This document shows positions 57,321-64,000 of a DNA stretch of 64,000 bases, piece after piece. Below the pieces are notes generated by a model. The model saw only the letters and a list, made by a program, of their open reading frames with translations, made no database searches and was not told where the DNA came from. The stretch spans positions 50,198,788-50,262,787 of the forward strand of contig CM120640.1 in assembly GCA_051362555.1 (NCBI GenBank), given 5' to 3'. The position numbers were made by a program, and so were the translations under genes. Positions within the stretch are counted from its first letter, which is position 1. Each line of letters opens with the position of its first letter. The stretch is from Lingula anatina (taxonomy: Eukaryota > Animalia > Brachiopoda).

Positions 57321-60300
57321 GTAAGTTTGAGCGCAAGTTATTTTCTTTTATAACTTTTTATACAAAGTGAAAGGGTTTGTGGACGAAAACTGACCGCCAC
57401 ACAGGTTTTGTCTTCACAATAGTGAAGTCTAACTAGAACGTTTAAGCATGTAAATAAAAGTCTACATAAAAGTTTACGTAACAGGCTTTGAGTTTTCTGC
57501 AAAACGGGGCTGGTTCGATTGGACTAGATGTTGTTCTTTCAAAAATCGTACAGTATACAGTCCAGCATATTGCTCAGTGGTTTTTACACTGTTTGGAATG
57601 CATATTTCAGACCAGTCTCTTCCCAGGGCTTGTAATTCTGCACTTCGGCCAGAAAGACTCAGTGATGTGAAGGGAGTCTTTATGTCACCACGTACCGGAC
57701 ACGGTATTTATCCAAAAAATGTGCGATGTGAGTGGGACATTCAAGTTGCCACCGGCATGGTAATATCTGGATTATTCCCAGTTGTTTTTGAATGTTTGAT
57801 ATGTTAAAACGATCGTTTTATCTGAAAATTTAGATATATGTGTTCGTTTAATTAGGTTTTTTTTCTATTAACGATTTCTGATTATGATTTCTCTTTGAAT
57901 ATGACGTCATAGTTAAATAGCACCAAGTAAGTAGCTCATAAGGGCCCTTTCTGGATATATGATATATGATATATATGACAATTGGTCCCAAAACTGAACT
58001 ACTGACGCTGCAGTTTAGATGTGTTTTATCACTGTTAAGGACCAAATTTTGATATATTTCAGATTGTAGAAATAACATTTCAAGAATTTGAATTGGAAGA
58101 GTCTGTCGCCTGCGTCTATGATCATGTGACGTTGCTAGATGGTGGGCCCGGCGGTCGTGTTTTAAAGCAATTGTGTGGAACTGACGGCGTTGCGGAGTCT
58201 CCTATTCTGTCTATACACAATAACGTTAGAGTGATTTTTGAATCTGATGCTTTTACGCAAGGCAAAGGGTTTAAAGGGTTTTACGTGCCATTTGATCCTG
58301 CAAAAAGAGGTAATTCGTTAATTATAAACATTTTTCCATCACATCATTATCTTTCATCATTTTCTTTTTTTTAATATAAGGTTATCGTTGTCATCTATTG
58401 GTAGAAATATTAGTTTCACCAAAAATTTGGAATCCAGAAATTGAAATTTAGGGAAACATTTTAAAAGATTAATGAGAATGCTATCCTATGATTGTAGATG
58501 ACATCGATGGTGATCCGTGTGATGGAACTCCCCTTATTTTTCAAACCTTCTCGAGCGGAATTTTTTCCTCAAATTTCCCCGGCCGGAATTACTACGGCTA
58601 TAACCAAGTCTGTGAATGGAGGCTTTTGGGACCACCTGGCACTGTAAGTGTTAGTCATGTTGTTATTTTGTCAGAGACATGAACGTTGAGTTTTATGAAA
58701 GAGCTTCAACGTTCAAAGAATAAAATAAAATGGTTTGCAATAAAACATTGTCATTTTATTTTAGATACTTCTTCGATTTACCTTTTCTTTTAAGCATTTT
58801 ATTATTTCCTAGAAATGAGATGAACAATGTCTTGTTTAAAGAGGGCCTAAAAATAAAGTTTCGGTCCTATTCGGTCTTTCTGTTGCAAATTCAAATTTCT
58901 TGTTTGTTAATCTGCTTTGGTTTCATATTTCTTAATTATCCAAATGTACATTTTCTAGGTTTTCCAGCTTACATCTTTGAATTTCAATGTAGAATATACC
59001 GAGAAGTGTGTCAAGGATCATATGACGATATATGACGGCAGTGATCCGTCTTATGCCATAATTGAGAAATCCTGCGGTTATCACGCCCAACCTCTCCGCT
59101 TCAATTCCACTGGGAATGCATTGTGTGTGAGATTCATAAGTGACAATACCACTACTGGAACGGGATTCCAATTCAAGTTTTGGAGATTTGAAAGTGGTAA
59201 GTTTAGGCATCAAAACCAGACCACAATTCATGTTCGGACTTGATCTGAACACTTTCTCTACCTCTATGATCTGAACTAGTACGAGGTTGGTCTGGAACTC
59301 TACCCAACTGAAGATCCCAAAAATTCAAGAGTGTAGAAAAAAAATATATATAGAGAGAGAAGGAAAGTAAATTTCATTATGATCATACAGTTTACTTTAT
59401 CATTCAATTCTGTTTACAGAGGATAATATTAAACTATTGGAAAAACATTACGAACCAGCTGGAATCATAATCGTGGCAGGGAAAGGAAAAAACATCTTGA
59501 CTCAAGTAACCAAAGGCAAATCCACCGGGGCTCCACCTGCCCAGACTTTTACAAGTCCTGTATCAGTGCCAAAGAAGACGTCAGCAATTACCAAAACAAT
59601 ACCTGTTAAAACAAAAATGGACCCAGGCTCAGTTACGAAACAGCGTGTCATTTCACATCAACCTGAATTTGCTACGGCTTTGACGACTTCTGTCCCGTTT
59701 TACACGAAAGCGAAGCTGGCACAAACCGCTAAATCTGAAAAGCAAGCAAAAATATCCAAATTGGTCAAAGAATTCAATCACGTACCACATACTACCTTAG
59801 TTATTACCCCAACGACCTTGAAGCCAGAGAAAATTTCGATGAAAAGTCAACAGTACTCGACATCTTCAGGCATCGTTTCACAGACGTCTTTATTTACAAC
59901 TGTAACGCAGACCACTAAAGAAATAATTAGTACACGTGTACCTTCTATAAAATACAACCAACACCCTGAAGGTTCACAGACAGAGAGCGAAGAGCTTGAT
60001 GTTGCTCATCATTGCCGACCTTCCCTTACACAAGTGGACTCAGTTTCCGGGTTTATCAGGTCTCCAAACTATCCCCATCAGTATGATAGCAATGTATTCT
60101 GTGAATGGGATTTGACGGCTCCTGAAGGCAAGGTAAGTAAAACGTCTACACGTCTTTAAAATAGTAATAATTATAATGCTTTTATTTCATCATGATCAAG
60201 CCATCGTTGCTTTTATAATGCTTTGTTGATTTATGGTGTTTGATATCCTCAGAAACGCACTGTTAGTTGCTCAGATATTGTTGGTAATTGCTTTTAAAAC

Positions 60301-62886
60301 AGAATAAATGCACTTAGTTTTCTACTCAATATTCCATTTTGTTAATGTCTTGATGTTTGCGAAGAAAATGTCATTGATAGAAAAGTTTTTCATTAAAATC
60401 CTTTGTTATAGGTTATAAGGTTTGAAATAGAAACGCTATCCATTGAATTCCACCCAACTTGCAATTACGATAGCCTGACCATTAAGGTGCTAGACCGAGA
60501 GGAGTACAGAACGCTTGCACAGTATTGTGGGTCATACCGACCGAGCCCGACCTTCATCATTGTACCTCAGAGAAGAGCTAAGGTTGTGTTTCAGACGGAT
60601 GCATTTACAAACAAATACGGGTTTTCGACTAAGTATATCTTCACAGGTGAGTTAAATGAAATGCAACACTAATAAAATGACGACTTACTTTTTCATGCAT
60701 TGAAATTTATATCCCGAATGAAAATAATTGATATGCGTTTCTTTTTTGATAATATTTGCTTTAAAATTATTGGTTTTAACTTCTTACAGTTCTTGCTGTC
60801 TGTCCAGAGAGTGTAACAATATCGCTTGTAAATATACGTTTCAGAGTGCGCAAATGAAGAGGAATATTTTGAATGTGGCAGCGGTGAATGTCTGCCTTCT
60901 CGTAAACTTTGTGACGGGAACAGAGACTGTCGTGATGGTGGAGACGAGAACACGAGATTTTGTGCACGTGAGTGGGTGTTTCATTGTTTAATAAATTGTG
61001 CTCTCCATGTAAGATTGACTTAATTAACTAAAACTTATATAGCCTTAGGCTTATCGTATATGTATGATGGGTCCAAGTCTACGCGTTGCATGTAAGTGTT
61101 TTATGGGATTGCTACGTATAAATGATTTCTCTCCCTTTAGCTACATGGGCGCTGTGCAGCTTCATACAATTTTCTGCGTTGTATTTACCTTGAGTTTAGA
61201 AGCTAAAATAGTTCTGTTCAGATCCCATTTTGTTTCAGCTGACTGTGGTATTAAATCGATCGAAGACATCGGAGCCACAGCCAGAGTCCTTGGCGGTGTT
61301 CCAGTCAAGTCGCCGACAGCGTGGCCCTGGGTTGCCGGAATCGTGGACCTCTCGGGTCGCCTGCTGTGTGGGGCAGCTCTTATTTCACCTTCATGGGTGC
61401 TAACCAGTGCTCATTGTGTCCAAACGTACGTCTTAAAGTTTTGAGAATATTAAGTCATCGACAGTTCTTTCATGTCTGTCTTTCAGATAACAAAATAGGG
61501 TTGAAAACCCATTCAATATTTATCCAAAGTAAAGTTCGCCATTAAAATATATTTTGAATGGAAACATTTCTTACATTTCCGTCTGGTCTTGCTGGTTTTT
61601 CTATCTAAAACATTTTTGTTAGGTTCTTATCAACTTAAATTACGACCACAAACATAAAAGGATTGCTTCATAACTTTTCCACTCAAAAGATATGAAGTTG
61701 TCAGTTATTCAATCACTCACCTTACGTCCAATAGTTATGCCATTAGTATTCGATTACGTATTTTACAGTGCAACTTCAGATCAGCGAAAAATCCATATCG
61801 GGTCACATGTAATGGATAATGTCAATAGTAATAGCGGTGTTTCACAGTTGATGGAGATATCGAAAATAATCAAGCACCCGAGGTATCATAATGAAACAAT
61901 GGAACACGATTTGGCACTGATAAAACTTGTCCAGGCCAAAAGTGGAGCGACTGCCATTTGTTTGCCAGAAGCAGACGATTTGGTAGTTGATGGACAGGCG
62001 TGTGTTATGGTAGGGTGGGGAGCTGGAAAAGGTAGGGTGGCATTTTGAAATATTTTTATTTTATCTTTTTAATTTTCTTTCATTTACTCTGTTTAATTTC
62101 CTGTGTGAACCTATAGCTAAGCCTTAATTACCCAACTGCGAAAACGGACACTTCAAAGGGAAAGAATTAAATGAGTACATGGTATATTACATTTAAAATA
62201 ACGCAGAAATATAATTAAAAAGATACCACCTGTTCCTCTTTTTATTGTTTTTTCTACAGCTGGACAAACCACCGGAAGCACAGTGCTGCAGGAAGTAGCG
62301 CTGCCTGTACTGACAACGGGCATGTGTCGCGAGAATACTATTTATGGCAATGCCATAAAAGACAGTATGTTCTGTGCAGGAGATCTTCAAAATGGCGGAA
62401 AGGATGCTTGTTCAGTAATATCTAGATAACATACTGTTAGATTTTAAGTTATTTGATAAAAAAATTGCATTTGTCAAATAATCCTTATTGAGACGTTTCT
62501 GTTCTCAGTTATAGAGATATATTTATAGAGAAAATATCTTGGCATGATCAGTGATGTCAGTGGAAACACTCGGAGATTTTATGAACAACCGTTAGGTCTT
62601 TAGTAGTCCGTTATTCATTTGAAATCTGATATTGCCTTTTTGAAATAAAAAAAATACAAAGCCTGTGTAGTTTCACTTGTTTTTTTTTTCTTGACTTTGA
62701 TACTACGTGTTTTTTTCTTTTCAGGGTGATTCTGGCGGACCACTACAGTGCCATGTACGTGGTGTGTGGACAGTGGCCGGAGTGGCCAGTTGGGGGAGTG
62801 GCTGCGGTCAGGCAGATAAACCAGGCGTATACACTCGTGTTTCAGACTACCTGACGTGGATCTGGGCAGTAATGTCAAGAAACTGA
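57233..62886 (+). CDS. Secreted CUB/LDLa/trypsin-like serine protease (peptidase S1A): exons 57233-57320, 57611-57759, 58063-58309, 58498-58643, 58959-59196, 59420-60132, 60412-60646, 60845-60967, 61239-61425, 61769-62031, 62260-62414, 62725-62886 (2706 nt, 901 aa)
   Basis: All junctions are GT-AG and phase-compatible. Signal peptide, three CUB domains and an LDLa repeat. Activation site R/VLGG. Catalytic motifs TSAHC, HDLAL and GDSGGP. KDAC puts Asp at the S1 pocket (trypsin-like). Confidence 0.93.
57611..58309 (+). CDS. Protease CUB domain 1 (exons 57611-57759 and 58063-58309)
   Basis: C...GVFMSP...[11 protein letters not shown] / [12 protein letters not shown]...CVYDHV...CG...VIFESD...GFKGFY. 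Confidence 0.93.
58498..59196 (+). CDS. Protease CUB domain 2 (exons 58498-58643 and 58959-59196)
   Basis: C...GIFSSNFP...YNQVCEWRL / FNVE...[11 protein letters not shown]...CG...VRFISD...GFQFKF. Confidence 0.93.
59420..60646 (+). CDS. Protease T/S/K/P-rich mucin-like linker plus CUB domain 3 (exons 59420-60132 and 60412-60646)
   Basis: About 190 aa of Thr/Ser/Lys/Pro-rich sequence, then GFIRSPNYP...NVFCEW / [12 protein letters not shown]...YCG...VFQTD...GF. Confidence 0.92.
60845..60967 (+). CDS. Protease LDL-receptor class A repeat exon
   Basis: [41 protein letters not shown] has six Cys and the DC.D..DE signature. Phase 1-1 exon missed by the ORF track. Confidence 0.95.
61239..62886 (+). 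CDS. Protease trypsin-like catalytic domain (exons 61239-61425, 61769-62031, 62260-62414, 62725-62886)
   Basis: CG...R/VLGG...WPW...CGAALI...TSAHC; HDLALIKL; GWG; MFCAG...KDACS/GDSGGPL...SWGSGC...PGVYTRV; TGA at 62884-62886. Confidence 0.97.
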
Positions 62887-64000
62887 TCTCATTGCCGTTG
62901 CTCGTGTATACCGGGCATGCATGAGACACATTGAATACAGCCGTTAACCACCAACGAGCACATACTTGCAGCCTTGTTTTGACACACCTGCCTTACCTGT
63001 TGCTATAAACCTTACTTAGTTATCGTCATTTATGAGTACATAACCGATTATTAAGAAACTGGTCAATACCTGATGCATTAACTGACAGAAATTTACTGGA
63101 TAAAACCCTATTGGCGGCGATAAGCTTGTGTAAATTTTGTTTGTTGAAACGTTATCCATTTCGATTTAAGTGGCACATAAATATTTGTTTTAAAACAAAC
63201 CATTAGTGGAGTCGATTGTGTCGACCAGATCTATTAGTAACATTGATTGTAAACAACTGCAACTTGTTGTTACGAAAATGTGCCTTAACATATTCATTTA
63301 AATTGGCAGAGAGCGACATTATGGCCAAACTAAGTACCTGCTGAGTCATTCCATCATTACAGTTTTGGAAATCGGTCTAAAAGTGCATTAATTTAGGTGT
63401 GCTTCAGGTGCTTTAATTGCCAATTTGGTTGACATGTGTTTTGTTCTGAAAAATATATTAACTACACGTTTATTGTAATTTTTTTCTTTGGGGGGGGGGG
63501 GTGTCAATCCACACATAATGAACAAATGGCATTACTGAACAAATCTTTAATGGTGCGTTTTTGTAAACCAGGATATGGATGGAGAGGCAAGAGGAACATC
63601 GCTCTCCTTTTAAATACGTATCTTTTATTAACTTATTTTTACAAACAAGATATTACGTGTGTCCTTAAGCGCAGATGCAAGATTTGCCCCAAGTCCTCAT
63701 TCAAAACAAGATGGGAGGACTGAGCCCCTACCACCTTTCTTAATGTTCTGCTTCCGCCAATGTCGACTGTAACGAAAGTGGCTATTAATCAATAACGAAC
63801 TGGGATGTTGTTAATGAGATGGTCAACAGTTTCATTTTCTCTACTGGCTTGCCAAAGAATGAAAAGATTGATGTTTTAAAATGGACTTTTTGACTGTAAA
63901 CCTCTCTGTAAATGGAAACGGACTAAATGGTCAATTAACGGGCAATGTGTTTGTCGTGTGTCTTCATTATATATGTAGTGTACAATGAAAATTCCAGTTT

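Noticed and set aside
58680-58715. Intronic hairpin TGAACGTTGA...TCAACGTTCA
   Set aside because: Short stem with no Helitron CTRR end or TIR context; no function supportable.

Overview
AT-rich, intron-containing animal DNA, probably a lophotrochozoan invertebrate (inferred from the Pax6 linker motif MYDKLGLNNGLAWPRPNPWY). I could build two complete spliced gene models by hand. (1) Pax6 on the minus strand: 11 candidate coding exons, 25219 to 9447, about 513 aa, or 479 aa without an optional N-terminal exon. It has a paired domain, an S50 homeodomain and a PST tail ending GLISPGVSVPVQVPG...QYWSPRLQ. (2) A secreted mosaic trypsin-like protease on the plus strand: 12 exons, 57233-62886, about 901 aa, arranged as signal peptide-CUB-CUB-mucin-like-CUB-LDLa-S1 protease. 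The genes are divergent, with about 32 kb between them in which I found no convincing coding sequence. The most interesting signals are in Pax6 isoform architecture: several candidate promoters or first exons (including a pair of core promoters about 19 kb upstream), a frame-preserving exon just before the paired domain, and a tandemly duplicated splice donor that would add 5 aa. The left end holds two probable decayed coding relics, one LRR-like and one HTVP-repeat. Most ORF-track entries are spurious. Regulatory calls rest on motifs only and are untested.
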